A stretch of DNA of 64,000 nucleotides from Mobula hypostoma (GCF_963921235.1 NC_086118.1:27840001-27904000), one strand, 5' to 3'; shown: positions 13,195-25,419, counted from the first letter of the stretch. The notes: a model not told the origin generated them from the sequence alone. Program-made: numbers and translations.

Positions 13195-14619
13195 TATTTA
13201 CTATTGATTTGTAATCCAGGGAGCGGGAAGTGCAGAATCAAATATTGCTATGATGATTGTACATTCTCGAGTCAATTGTTTGGTGACAATAAAGTATAAA
13301 GTATAAAGTATAAAGACAGATGTGATCCATGGTGGCTTGGTAGATTGGATTCAAAACTGCCTGGGCTGTGGAAGGCAGAAGATGGTGAATGAGGGATGTT
13401 ATTCTGACTGGAGGTCTGTGATTAATGGTGCTTCCCAGTGATCAATGCTGGAATCTTTGTTACTTGTGATATAAATGACTTGGACGAAAGTGTAGGTTGG
13501 TAGATTATTAAGTTTCCAGATGACACAAAATTGATGGAGTTGTGGATAGTGAAGATGTTTGTCAAAAGATACAGGAGGATGTAACTCAAACAGAAATACT
13601 GAACAAGCAAAAAGTACGAACAGAGTTTAATCCAAGCAAGTATGAGATGTTACTCTTTGGAGGTCAAATGTAGAGGTAACTATACAGTAAATAGTAGGAA
13701 TCTTCAGAGCACTGATATGCTCAAGGATATTGGATGCAGGTCTGTAGCTTCCTAAAAATGGCAATGTAAGTGGCAGGGTGATAAAGAGGGCATATGGCAT
13801 GCTTGCATGTTGTATGGGAATTAAGTATCAAACTTATAGTGGCAAGTTGTGCTGCAGTGCATAAAACTTTGGTTAAGCTATGTTTGAACTATGTGTGTGG
13901 TTCAAGTCGCTGCATTTCAGGAAGAATGTGGAGGCTTTGGAGAGGATGTCACAAACAGTATTCGCTCTTGGGGAGATTAAATGGAGTTAGGGAGTTAGGA
14001 AATGCTTTGGATTGTTTTCTCATGAGCATTAGAGGCTAAGGGGCAACCTGATGGAAGTTCATAAAATTAACTAGCTGGCCAACATATACTTCTCATAACA
14101 TTATGTATTTTTTACAAGATGGAAATTTCTGATACTGGAGGGCATAGCTTAAGATGAGAGGTGAATTTTTTGAAGGAGATTTATGAGGCTAGTTTTCACA
14201 CAGGGTAGTGGAAGCAGATATGACAGCAATGTTGAACATGAATTTAGACGGGGATATGAACAGGCAGGAAATGAACAGATATAGACCATGTGAAGAAAGA
14301 TGGAATTGATTTAATTTGGCATCATGGTTGCAATAGACATTGTGTGACTAAGGGCCACTTCTGTAATATACTGTATTGTTCTATGTTCTATCGTTGTATC
14401 TTGCTCCTCAAGAAAAAGCTGAAGATGGGAAGAAACGCTTTGGTTAAGAGAAATCAGAAACCATGAGGTTCTGAACATATAAGCAAAGGACACAATGTGG
14501 TTAGCACAGGAGCATAATCAGAATGGAGCAAGGTTTCAAGAAAGAGGTATAAGGCTGCATGAAAAGTATCTAGACACAGATGAATAACAAAGGTATTGAA
14601 AGGCTAGCAGGTGAGAGAG

Positions 14620-14950
14620 GTCAAGTTGAATTTATTGTTATGTACAAGGCATGTGAGGTACAGGTAGAATGAAATGTACAGTGCATCATCCACATGTAGA
14701 TTCACAGAAAATAAATAAACTATGCATACTTTATACAATACTGTGAAGAAAAAACAGACTGTAAAATAAAACATTAATAAAAAAACACACACAATCAGAG
14801 GAAGTCCACAGAGGAGTAAAAGTGTTTTATTGCTGGGGTGGGACTAGGGTTGTGCAGATCAGTTCAAGGACCTGATGGTTGTACAAACATAACTCCTCCT
14901 GAACCCAGCAGTGGGGGTTGGGGGGGAACTTCTCTGCCTCCTGCCCAGTG
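14620..14950 (-). mobile_element. Degenerate Rex1-type LINE 3' fragment
   Basis: TTTATTG tail region, then GTTCAAGGACCTGATGGTTG...CTCCTGAACC...CTCCTGCCCAGTGG. Confidence 0.5.
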
Positions 14951-15330
14951 GAAAGGAGGCAAGTTTAATGTCAAAGCGAGAATACAGTCAAATTGAGAAC
15001 AGCAAGATAATTGCAGGAAGACGATAACAAACGTAGGAAATTATTTAACGTATCAGGATTGTGTTGTGATAACTGCAATGCTGTGAGAGCAGCAGAAGGA
15101 AGTTAAAATGCCGTTATTATTCAGCAGATGAGGAAGAGTTTGACGGACTCGGGCAAAACCTATAGAGAGAGAGAGATGCATGGTTGGTGCTGTGGAGGAA
15201 GGAAATGTTTCAGACACATGAACAAAGAAGGGAGAAGTGGAATTTATCAAAACAAAATGAAAGCAGGCCATAAAAGCAAGGGGTTAATGTGTCCAGCACA
15301 GTACAGAAAAAACGTATCTGTTGAATGTTC

Positions 15331-15551
15331 ACAACAGGAATTCTGCAGATGCTGGAAATTCAAGCAACACACATAAAAGTTGCTGGTGAACGCAGCAGGC
15401 CAGGCAGCATCTCTAGGAAGAGGTGCAGTCGACGTTTCAGGCTGAGACTAGTTAGTCCTGACGAAGGGTCTCGGCCTGAAACGTCGACTGCACCTCTTCC
15501 TAGAGATGCTGCCTGGCCTGCTGCGTTCACCAGCAACTTTTATGTGTGTTG
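15331..15551. mobile_element. Palindromic non-autonomous Penelope-derived mini-element
   Basis: Near-perfect inverted arms; 14-bp TSD TCTGTTGAATGTTC (15317-15330 and 15552-15565); highly similar to 5148-5370. Confidence 0.92.
15454..15489 (+). ncRNA. Minimal type I hammerhead ribozyme motif (PLE-associated)
   Basis: Stem I AGTC/GACT; core CTGACGA (15458-15464); stem II AGG-GTCTCGG-CCT; GAAA; palindromic minimal stem III ACGT; cleavage triplet GTC (cut after 15485). This matches the known minimal hammerhead architecture of Penelope-like elements. Confidence 0.85.
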
Positions 15552-15577
15552 TCTGTTGAATGTTCCATTGTTTGTTT

Positions 15578-16537
15578 GTTTGTTTATTGATTGATTGACT
15601 GATTGATTGAGACACGGATAGAAAAGGCTCTTTCGGCTCCTTGAGTCACGCTGCCCAGCAATCCCCCAATTTAATTCCAACCTAATTAGATTACACTAGA
15701 TTAGATTAGATTATGAGGACATGCAGTCCTCTTTTATTGTCATTTAGTAATGCATGCATTAAGAAATGATAAATAATCCTCTAGTGTGATATCACAGAAA
15801 CACAAGACAGACCAAGACTGAAAAACTAACAAAAACCACATAATTATAACATGTAGTTACAACAGTGCAACAATACCATAACTTGATGAAGAACAGGACA
15901 TGGCACAGTAAAAAAGTTCAAAGTCTCTCGAAAGTCCCACATCTCACGCAGACAGGAGAAGGAAGAAAACTCTCCCTGCCATGCCTGACCACAGTCCGAC
16001 TCTGAGTCGTCTGAAAACTTCGAGCCTCCGATCAGCCCTCCGACACCGAGTACCGAGCACCATCTCCATCCGAACGCTTGGACCTCAGCCTCAGTTGCCA
16101 GTGGCAGGCAAAGCCGGGGATTTTGGGACCTACCCTCGGGAAGATTCTCGATCACACAGTAGCAGCAGCAGCGAACCGGCATCTCAGAAATTTCTCCAGA
16201 TGTTGCTCTGTGCTTTCACGTCTGTCTCCATCAAATCAGAATTGTCCACGGCCCCTATTTAACAGATACGATATCATTTCACTGGAGAGCTGCGAGCGCT
16301 GCGTCGCGCTGCTATCTTCTCCTCCCGCTAAACATTGTAATTGCGGGACAGTTTACAATGACCAATTAACCTACCAACCAGTACATCTTTGGACTGTGGG
16401 AGGAAAGCGAAGCACCCAGATCAAGTGCACATGGTCAAGGAGAGAACGTACAAAGTCCTCAGTAGCAGAGACGGGAAATGAACCCCAGTCACCTGTACTG
16501 TAAAGTGTCGTGCAAATCACCACGCTACCATGCCGCC
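15578..16537 (-). mobile_element. tRNA-derived V-domain SINE (HE1-like), split by an insertion at ~15690-16330
   Basis: The - strand reads GGGTGCTTCGCTTTCCTCCCACAGTCCAAAGATG (V-SINE core); tRNA-like head with GGTTCATTTCCC near 16480; (TTGA)n tail at 15578-15610. Confidence 0.8.
15690..16330 (-). mobile_element. Non-autonomous retroposon (LINE-like 5' head, (TCTAA)n tail)
   Basis: Head GGAGAAGATAGCAGCGCGACGC on the - strand; tail TTAGATTAGATTA; a second 3' fragment lies at 23170-23390 (+). Confidence 0.7.
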
Positions 16538-17614
16538 TGTATTGAATCACGGTGAATGTTACTCTTCCCCATACTTAATGGAAAAAAAAATCTTTGGTGA
16601 ACCTTGGAGAAGGAGGGAATGTTGAGGAACATTCTCTGTGCTCAGAAATGATAGCAGCAATGCAGGATTTTGAGAAACCAAGAGAGAAGAAAAAAGCCTG
16701 CACTTTAGTCTGGATGGGGCTGTTATGACAGGGTCATGAAGTAAAACATATCCAGCTTGTGATAAGTCAGAATGATGGTAAACTCAATGCTTACGATAGT
16801 TGTGGATACAGAAGGGGTGATTCATTTAAGATCAAAGTGCAAGCAAGTTGCTAACAGATTGGGGCCTGTTTATTATGAAACACAAGGAAGATGGTTGAAT
16901 CAGAACCATATGTTAGCAGATGAGCCTCATTACTCACTCAGAACCTATTGCCAGATCAGGGTTTCATTTGGTTGACTATGGCGTGGCAGAAGTACTGCAG
17001 AATTTCTCAGCATTTTGGGAGGATGAACAGCACAGGCAGATTAGAACCAAGCAAAAGGAGAGATGGAGGAAGTGTGCGGGAGATGAAAGCACATATCAAG
17101 GCCCTGAACAGACCCAAAGAGCTATGGAAAGAAACAATTAGTGGGATCAGCAAAGGGAGAGAAATATTAGGATCAGACTGCATGAAAGCAAGATTAGTGG
17201 TAGAATACTAGGCATAAACATTAGTAGTTCAGAGTGAGCCCATGAAAATCCTCAAGCAACAATATAATTTAGTTAACATTAATGTATGCAGTTATTTTCA
17301 CAAAAGGCATTTACTACCCAAGCTGCTGCCCTAACTAGGAGATGTATTCTATTGAAATTGTGTAAAGGATGTAGTATTATATATATAAGTTGTCAGGACT
17401 CAGAGATCCTTATACTCACCGGGAACCACACTCGTATTGGGTGAGTTTTGCAACCAGATAACTTGTTGCACAAATTTCATAAGCTATTACATTTCTTGTT
17501 AATTTCTTAATGATGAACAGAAACTGAAATAAAACATGTTTTATATTTGCACTTATGGAACATGAGAGAACTTTTTTTTAATTCGCTCTGCTTTTTTATT
17601 GTTCTGGTTGTGGC

Positions 17615-17930
17615 ATTGGTATTGGCCTATTATTGTCACATGAACAATACATTAAAAAGCTTGTCTTGCACTCTGCTCATACAGGTCAAAGCCATCACAC
17701 AGTGCACAGGGAAGGACAAGGTAAAACAATAACAATGCAGAATAAAGTGCAGCAGCTACAGAAAAAGTGCTCTGCAGGTAAACAATTAAGTGCAAGATCA
17801 TAACAAGGCCAAAGGTCCATCACACAAGATGTCCATCCCAGCGTCTGATAAAGTGGAATAGAAGCTGTCCTTCAGCTTGGTGGTGTGTGCTTTCATACTT
17901 TGTATCTTCTGTCTGATGGGAGAAAGGAGC
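17615..17930 (-). mobile_element. Rex1-type LINE 3' fragment
   Basis: GAAGCTGTCCTTCAGCTTGGTGGTGTGTGCTTTC; the - strand encodes SMKAHTTKLKDSFY. Confidence 0.6.
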
Positions 17931-19029
17931 TTTACTATAAATGATCTACAAAGTGTAATAGTTTTACCGTCTAATTTATTCAATATCTGAGTTCTCAAAG
18001 TCTAAACTGGGTAACAGGGCAGATAAATTAAATGCATGAAAAATGCTTCCAGTTAATCATCTCTTAATAGCTAGAACAAATTATTACAACGGGAACTTAG
18101 CCAAGTGGCAATAAAATGTCATTTTATTTATGGAACCCAAATTAAGAGCAATTTACAAACCCTTGCACTGTAAAGCAACTGAACATTCAAGATAAGATTA
18201 CAATGCTTGACAGATTCATAGATCTGCTGTCAATTGTTTTTTTTCTGTTCTATGGTTCTAAGGGGCAAAAGAATTTTTGGCAGGTTTTATTTGAGTCTTC
18301 TATTCCAACAGTATAATCACGATTTAATTTTATTATACTTTAAAGAACACCAGGTGTGATTTTGCTCTTCTCTGCGATTTAGATGGTTGATTAGAATCAC
18401 CCAGTTTGCAGACACGTAACAAGTAGCAAGGGTGCTCTTATTTACAATATGTGTACAGGTTTTTGATAGACTCCAGAGCTGTCTGGTCAAAGCCTTGGGG
18501 ATCTTCTCCGAGCACACACATCAGGCTCAGACCACAGTTTTAACATGCTTCTATGGCTTCTATGATGAACTGAAGGAAGTTGAAAAACATCCAGGCCAAA
18601 AAAGCAGAAATATGGGACCTTCCACTCATCTGTCATAGGAAGGAGAAATTTCCAAAGACTGGTAACTCATTTTTGGTCACTTCCTACCATTTTCCTTGTA
18701 CGGAAAGTGAATAAATATTGATGGTATCTGTGAACTGAAGACAAGGCATGATTTCTATAGCCGTGGTAAGATTCCAATTCTGCTAAAAGGATTAAATTTG
18801 GGCCAAATACTTTCTTCAGACTTTCAATTATGTTCCAACTCAACATCCTGAGATTTAATTTTATTTGCTGCCTTGCTAATTTTACATATAATTCTTTCTT
18901 CTAGTTTAGGATGGCACAGCTGAAATTGAGCGACAGTTTACTGGTGGTTAACAAGGCAAGTAATATGACTAATTACTTTATTAATTATACTCTTTCCGTC
19001 GTAAATTGTGGTATACTATCTCCACAAAC

Positions 19030-19817
19030 AATGAAGAGGTGAGCAAAGACGAGCATGACTCGAGGATTGAGCCATGCGGGTGCGATGCAAATTTGAAGCA
19101 TGGCATGTTTGTGGAGAAGTAGTCAGAGCGAGGTTGAGGCATGGTCGGGATGATGTCGGAGTCGGAGATCGAGTTGGAGCGAGCGGATCTCAGAAGAGGA
19201 GTTTCAGAGCCCATTCACCTAATCTGGGAGTGAGGTTGGACCAATCTAAGCTCCAAACTGATTTGAAAAGGTTGAGAAAGGCCTCGGGCTGGGCGACAGT
19301 GTACAGGCCCAGAACGTATTGCTGTGGTAGGGCCCGGGGTCTAACGCAGGGAATGACCTTGTGCTTGAATAATTAAATGCTCGCCCAGATAGGCTGTAAA
19401 GACAGGGTGCTGGGACCAGAGGCAAGGGTCTGGCCAATTCTGCTTGCTCTTCTGCAGCATTTTCTCCTCCCTCTGCAGTGCTGAAGCTGTGAGACTGCTC
19501 TGGCTGCTACGTGCTTTGTGCCTGTGACCTTTGCAGTGATTTGCCCCGCTGTGTAATGAACTGAAACCAAGGCTATGGGTTGCTCTGGGCTCCAGGTCTA
19601 CGGACTCAGTTTGGTGCAGAATGCTTTTTTTGTTTGCATGATTTGTGTTTTCTCCCCCTCTTTCTCTGCACTTTGGGTGTTGGTCTTTTTTTCAAATTGT
19701 TTATTTTTTCGGGTTCCTTGCTTTGTGACTGCCTTCACGCAGACCAATCTCAAGGTTGTATAATTTATACATACTTTGATAATAAATGTACTTTGAGTCC
19801 TTGAATTCTTTGAATCT
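19030..19817 (+). mobile_element. Non-autonomous retroposon-like repeat with a CpG-rich body and a LINE-type tail
   Basis: GC/CpG-rich body ending AATCTCAAGGTTGTATA...TTTGATAATAAATGTACTTTGA(TTGAAT)n, similar to the Rex1-type tail at ~31680-31722. Confidence 0.5.
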
Positions 19818-19945
19818 ATGTTCATTTTACATGATTGCTGAGATTTATTTGACAGTTTGGTGTTTCTGCCCAGGGTTTGGGATTCTCAGAAAGTCAGACT
19901 GGACCACTGCAAATCCTCCACAAGCAGGTTGTTTGATTTCTGGAC

Positions 19946-20842
19946 CAGTGGTTCTCAGCGTCGGCCATATGTCCCCAAGTGGGTCACGGTGGATATTGTG
20001 GGGACCTCAAGTGAAAAAAAAAGAAATGGGGGCCACAGGAGCATCTGAAAGGGCCATGGTAAGTTTACTGTTTTAATGGAATATTACTAAAATACATCAA
20101 TAAATAATAAATGAATATATGTCATTGCAACCTTGATTGAAATAAATGGGAAAATATGCTAGATGATGCAAATGAGGAAGCACAACAGCTTATGCATGTG
20201 TTTGTATGTGGGGGGGGGGGCGGTATGGGGGGGCATGCAACATATCATTAATTGTCTCTGCTCCTGGTCGACCATGTAAAAATCACTGTTCACACCCTGC
20301 AGGGTCGCCCACTGAGCTGCACTCCACATCCACCCCCAAATCACAAACTGCAAACTGGGCGGGTCGGTCTGCAGCAAGTATGCAGCAGGAGGCTGGTTCG
20401 GTTTGCCTTTCACTGTCCTGTGCTACTTACAAAACATGACAAGAAGGTTGCAGTTACTGCTACGGGGTCATCTGCCAGAAACAGCTAAACTGCAGAGAGT
20501 TGCTACCAGATATTCAAAAACCCGTCAGTTTGCGTCGGTTACAAGGATCTCACGAAATACCCAAAGTAACAATATTAAGTTGCTGGTTGGAAGAGTTTTA
20601 TATATTATAAATAAAGTATCCTTTTCAGGGCTTTGAAATTGTTTAATTTTTCATATAATATATTTAACATATCATAATATCATAACCTGTTAAAAGATGA
20701 TGATTGATTTACATTGGAATAATTAGTACAGTTGACCAAAAAATACACCTTAGCAACTATTGGAGACTATGGAGGGTGGGGACAATAGAGGTAAATGAAA
20801 GTCAGAAGTGGGCCTCGAGCAGCAAAGGCTTGAGAACCACTG
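19946..20842. mobile_element. Non-autonomous hAT (Charlie-like) DNA transposon, 897 bp
   Basis: TIRs CAGTGGTTCTCA...TGAGAACCACTG; perfect 8-bp TSD TTCTGGAC (19938-19945 and 20843-20850). Confidence 0.93.
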
Positions 20843-21057
20843 TTCTGGACAAAGGCTAAAAAGTTTCCAATGCATTTTATCTTGTACACTGGGCAGCATG
20901 TCGTTAATCACATGAACCTGATGCATCCTATTTCATTTACATTTCCACAATGACAAAGCCTGAGCTTTTATAACCAAATAATACATACTCACTAATACTC
21001 TGAATTTCATCTTCACTGCTAAATATTCTAAGAGTTTTGAAGTAGCAAGCCAGAATT

Positions 21058-22864
21058 AACCATATAACCATATAATAATTGCAACATGGAAACAGGCCAT
21101 TTCGGCCCTTCTAGTCCGTGCCGAATGCTTACTCTCACCTAGTCCCACCTACCTGCACTCAGCCCATAACTCTCCATTCCTTTCCCGTCCATATAGCTAT
21201 CCAATTTTACTTTAAATGACAATATCGAGCCTGCCTCTCCCATTTCTACTGGAAGCTTGTTCCACTCTCTGAATAAAGAACTTCCCCCTCGTGTTACCCT
21301 TAAACTTTTGCCCCCTAACTCTCAACTCATGTCCTCTTCTTTGAATTTCCCCCACTCTCAATGGAAAAAGCCTATCCACATCAACTCTATCTAACCCCCT
21401 CATAATTTTGAATACCTCTATCAGATCCCCCCTCAATCTTCTACGCTCCAAAGAATAAAGACCTATCTTGCTCAACCTTTCTCTGTAACTTAGGTGCTGC
21501 AACCCAGGTAACATTCTGGTAAATCTTCTCTGTACTCTCTCTATTTTATTGACATCTTTCCTATAATTCGGTGACCACAACTGTACACAGTACACCAAAT
21601 TTGGCCTTACCAATGCCTTGTACAATTTTAACATTACATCCCAACTCCTATACTCAATGCTCTGATTTATAAAGGCCAGCATACCAAAAGCTTTCTTCAC
21701 CAGCCTATCCACATGTGATTCTACCTTCAGGGAACTATGCACCATTATTCCTAGATCCCTCTGTTCTACTGCATTCTTCAATGTCCTACCATCTACCATG
21801 TATGTCCTGTTTTGACTAGTCCTACCAAAATGTAGCACCACACCCTTATCAGCATTAAATTCCATTTGCCATCTTTCAGCCCACTCTCTTAACTGGCCTA
21901 AATCTCTCTGCAAGCTTTGAAAGCTTACTTCATTATCTACAATGCCACCTATCTTAGTATCATCTGCATACTTTCTAATCCAATTTACCTCCCCATCATC
22001 CAGAACAGTAATGTATATGACAAACAACAGTGGACCCAGTACAGATCCCTGAGGCACACCACTAGTCACCGGCCTCCAACCTGACAAACAGCTATCCACC
22101 ACTACTCTCTGGCGTCTCCCATCCAGCCACTGCTGAATCCATTTTGGTGGCATCCGTTAGTCTTGCGAGATCATGGATCTGCTCCTGGACTACTTCAATA
22201 TTAATACCTAACGATTGAACCTTCCTAACTAGCCTTCCATGTGGAACCTTGTCAAAGGCCTTACTGAAGTCCATATAGACAACATCCACCGCTTTACCCT
22301 TGTCAACTTTCTTATTAACCTCTTCAAAAAATTCAATAAGATTTGTCAAACATGACCTTCTACGCACAAATCCATGTTTACTGTTCCTAATCAGACCCTG
22401 TCTATCCAGATAATTATATACACCATCTCTAAGAACACTTTCCATTAATTAACCCACCACTGACGTCAAACTTACAGGTCGATAATTGATAGGTTTACTC
22501 TTAGAACACTTTTTAGGCAATGGAACAACATGAGCAATACGCCAGTCCTCTGGCACCATCCCCGTTTCTAATGATTTTTGAAATATTTCTGTCAGAGCTC
22601 CTGCAATTTCTACACTAACTTCCCTCAAGATCCTAGGGAGTATCCTGTCAGAACCCGGGGACTTAACCACTTTTATATTCCTTGAAAGCACCAATACTTC
22701 CTCTTCTTTAATCATCATAGTTTCCATAACTTCTCTACCTGTTTCCCTTACCTTATACAATTCAATATCTTTCTCCTTAGTGAATACCGAAGAAAAGAAA
22801 TTGTTCAAAATCTCCCCCGTCTCTTTTGGTTCCACACATAGCTGTCCACTCTGATTCTCTAAGG
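21058..22864 (-). mobile_element. 5'-truncated CR1 LINE (RT region and 3' UTR)
   Basis: ORFs 22449-22835, 22092-22445 and 21212-22153 with NYRPVSLTS, MDFSKAFDKVPH, SGVPQGSVLGP, KYADDTKIGG; tail (CCATATAA)n. Confidence 0.93.
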
Positions 22865-23169
22865 GTTTAGAGTTTTCTCCCGTAATATTCCCTGGAGTTT
22901 AGAGATTCTTCTGTAGCCACAAGAATGTTACTTGTCACTAAAACTGTCTTCAGCTAGAGCAAGCAAATGGCTTGCAGGGTGATATGCTCTTGATTCAGAG
23001 GAATGTGGCCTCCTAACTGAGATACACTCATTCTCATGGGAAATCACTGGAAATCAGCTGAGCTGACAGAAATTGAAACAGGAGAGAGCCCCCTGGCCCG
23101 TGCACTTTTTCTTTCATTTAATGTCATATCGGCTGATTTTCATCCTGGCGTATAACAATAAACTATAAA

Positions 23170-23390
23170 ATAAGCTTTTTTTTAACTGTGCCCATGGTCT
23201 GTTCTTTATCAAATCATGGTATTGCTTTGCACTGCTGTAACTATATGTTATAATGATGTGGTTCTGTCAGCGTTAGTCTTTGGTTTGTCCTGTTTTTCTG
23301 TGATATCACTCTGGAGGAACGTTGTATCATTTCCTAATGCATGCATTTCTAAATGACAATAAACTAGGACTGAGTGTTCTCATAACCTAA
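23170..23390 (+). mobile_element. 3' fragment of the retroposon family at 15690-16330
   Basis: Reverse-complement match to 15710-15920 (TAATGCATGCATT...AATGACAATAAA). Confidence 0.7.
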
Positions 23391-23624
23391 ATATTGTTTC
23401 AAACAAATGCAGAGCCTCATAAGTCTGGCAAGCATTTGGTTGCCATATTCACGTCTGAAATGGATGAAGGAAATGACTTCAATCCTTTATAATTATCTAC
23501 GTTCTCAAGGGCCTTTTCCCAATATTGATGTATCACTAGCATAGACAAATATGAGAAGAAATGTCACAAAATAGCAGTTAAACTATTGCAATGTTTTACT
23601 TTTTAGAGTAAACTTTTATCTAGA

Positions 23625-23828
23625 ATTAGCAGCTGTGAAGGCCAAGTCTTTATGTATACTTAAGGCAGAGGTTGAAAGATCCTTGATTGGTCAGGGCATG
23701 AAGGGATACGGGGAGAAGACAGGAGTTTGGGACTGAGACGAAAATTGGATCAGCCATGATGAAATGGTGGAGCAGGCTTGATGGACCAAATAGACTAATT
23801 CTGCTCCTATATGTTATGGTCTTATGAT
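23625..23828 (+). mobile_element. CR1 3'-end fragment
   Basis: GATCAGCCATGATGAAATGGTGGAGCAGGCTTGATGG...TCTGCTCCTAT...TTATGGTCTTATG. Confidence 0.75.
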
Positions 23829-24049
23829 TTACTTTGAAGTATTGCTGACTATTTTGAATTTATTGCGAAGAAAATTTCCAACACACTGTCGTTAATTTTT
23901 GAATCCTTTCACTCTCCAGAAGTCTGCCTCCTTTGTCTGCTGAGCAGCCCCTCACTTAAGAAAAGCATTACCTTCATTTAGTAATGTTAACTGATAAATG
24001 GAGAATAATGATTGATAATGATCAATGGGGGAAAAGAAGCATTTGGTTT

Positions 24050-24490
24050 ACTCATACACAAAATGCATGAGGAACTCAACAAGTCAGGTAACGTCAATAG
24101 AGGGAGATAAACAGTCAACATTTTGGGCTGCAATCCTTCATTGGGACTGGAAAGGAAGGGGACAGAAGCCTGGATAAGAAGGCAGGGGTAGGGGAAGGCG
24201 TATAAGCTGGCAGGCGATAGATGAGACCAGGTGTGGGGGAAGGTGGATGGTTGGGGGAGGGGGGGATAAAGCAAGAAGCACAAAGCTAGGAGGGGACAGA
24301 TGGAAGAAAAACATCCAAGGAGAGTACAATGGGTGTTACAGTTATGCTGAAAATAGAAATTCTACAGAAAGGAGAATCTGGAACAAAATGCTTTAGGAAC
24401 CCAAGAGAAGGGTCTTGACCCCAAATGTCCACCAGCATTTCTTCATTACTGCTGCAGGAGCAGCTGAGTTCCTCCATTGTTCTCTGCTTT
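24050..24490. mobile_element. Decayed Penelope terminal fragments (- 24050-24300, + ~24370-24490) with degenerate hammerhead motifs
   Basis: The - strand has AGTCCCAATGAAGGATTGCAGCCCAAAATGTTGACT; the + strand has GAAGGGTCTTGACCCCAAATGTC...GCTGAGTTCCTCCA. Confidence 0.55.
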
Positions 24491-24879
24491 TTTATTGGAA
24501 CAGTCTCTCTGCGACTGCCATCCTCTCCTGCAGTATCCTTCTCTTCAAAGATCAGGGTGACGAGGCTGTGGATTTGGGACTGAAGCTCTTCACTGCTCAA
24601 TTCTAACATGTTAGCAGGGATAGGCGAAATAAGTGCAGGAATGCGAGAGCAGCTCAAGGAAATGTTAATCATTCAACTGGTGAGGAAGAGTTTGAATGGT
24701 TTGAGTAAAAGCTACAGAGAGTCCTGGTTGGTGCTTTGAGGATGGGAATGCTTTCGACATGTGGTGAAGGAAGGTAAAAGTGGAACTTGCCAAACTAACC
24801 AAAGGTGATGGTATAAAGCATAGAACAATGTGCTCAGCAGAGCACACAAAAACCTCAGCTGTGGCTGGATGAAAACCCA

Positions 24880-25405
24880 TTGCATTGAAATGATAATAGC
24901 ATCTACTCCCAAGTCCCTGTTATTGTTAAATGTGACATCTGCACTCTGCATATCATGGCTGCGGATGAGTTTCCAGGCCTCCTGCTCACTCTACCTCCAC
25001 ATTTTCTGCTGGGCTTCTGTCATGAGATGCCAGACCCTGCCAGTTCAGGAGCACCTGACACTTGCGGTTAATTGCTCCCTCAATCTCTGGTCGTTCTTAT
25101 GAAGGCAGTACTTATTGTTCTAGTTCGAGAGACCAATTTCATCTCATTCTTGCAGCCTGGGATTTGACAGGTTGTTTATGAGGGGGTGATTGAAAGGAAT
25201 CAGCTTTTGGGGGACTTGAGGGTCTTAAAGTTGGTCATGCGACATATTTCTGTTGACACTGAGTGCTTTGGGCCCACATCGATGGTGATAATGGATCAGA
25301 TGAAGTAGTGGTCAGTTTATCTGTTAGCTTCGCCTGCAGTAACATTGGTACCCTGGATATCTTTGTGGACTCTTAATGAGACAATGATATAATCCAGTAG
25401 GTAAC
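24880..25405 (-). mobile_element. Ancient RTE-clade LINE fragment (end of the endonuclease domain)
   Basis: The - strand near 25270-25405 translates to LLDYIIVSLRVHKDIQGTNVTAGEANR*TDHYFI, resembling the RTE motif LLDYxIVxxRDxxDV...WTDH. Confidence 0.5.
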
Positions 25406-25419
25406 AGTGCATGAAACTG

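Larger units (their letters stand above)
10237..13315 (+). mobile_element. 5'-truncated Rex1/Babar-type LINE containing a solo LTR
   Basis: LRDCFESVDW, FPNQKPWM, GPDGIPG and RT motifs; 3' tail (AAAGTAT)n at ~13290-13315. Confidence 0.92.
10205..14391 (+). mobile_element. Old CR1 RT/3' fragment split by the Rex1 insertion
   Basis: CATGGTAGGCTGAACCAGAAGATTAAG (HGRLxQKIK) resumes after 13315 as GATCCATGGTGGCTTGGTAGATTGGATTCAAAAC; tail TGTTCTATGTTCTAT at ~14377-14391. Confidence 0.8.

Noticed and set aside
16900..17215. Possible ancient RTE C-terminal fragment or host exon
   Set aside because: Similarity is too faint to call by eye.
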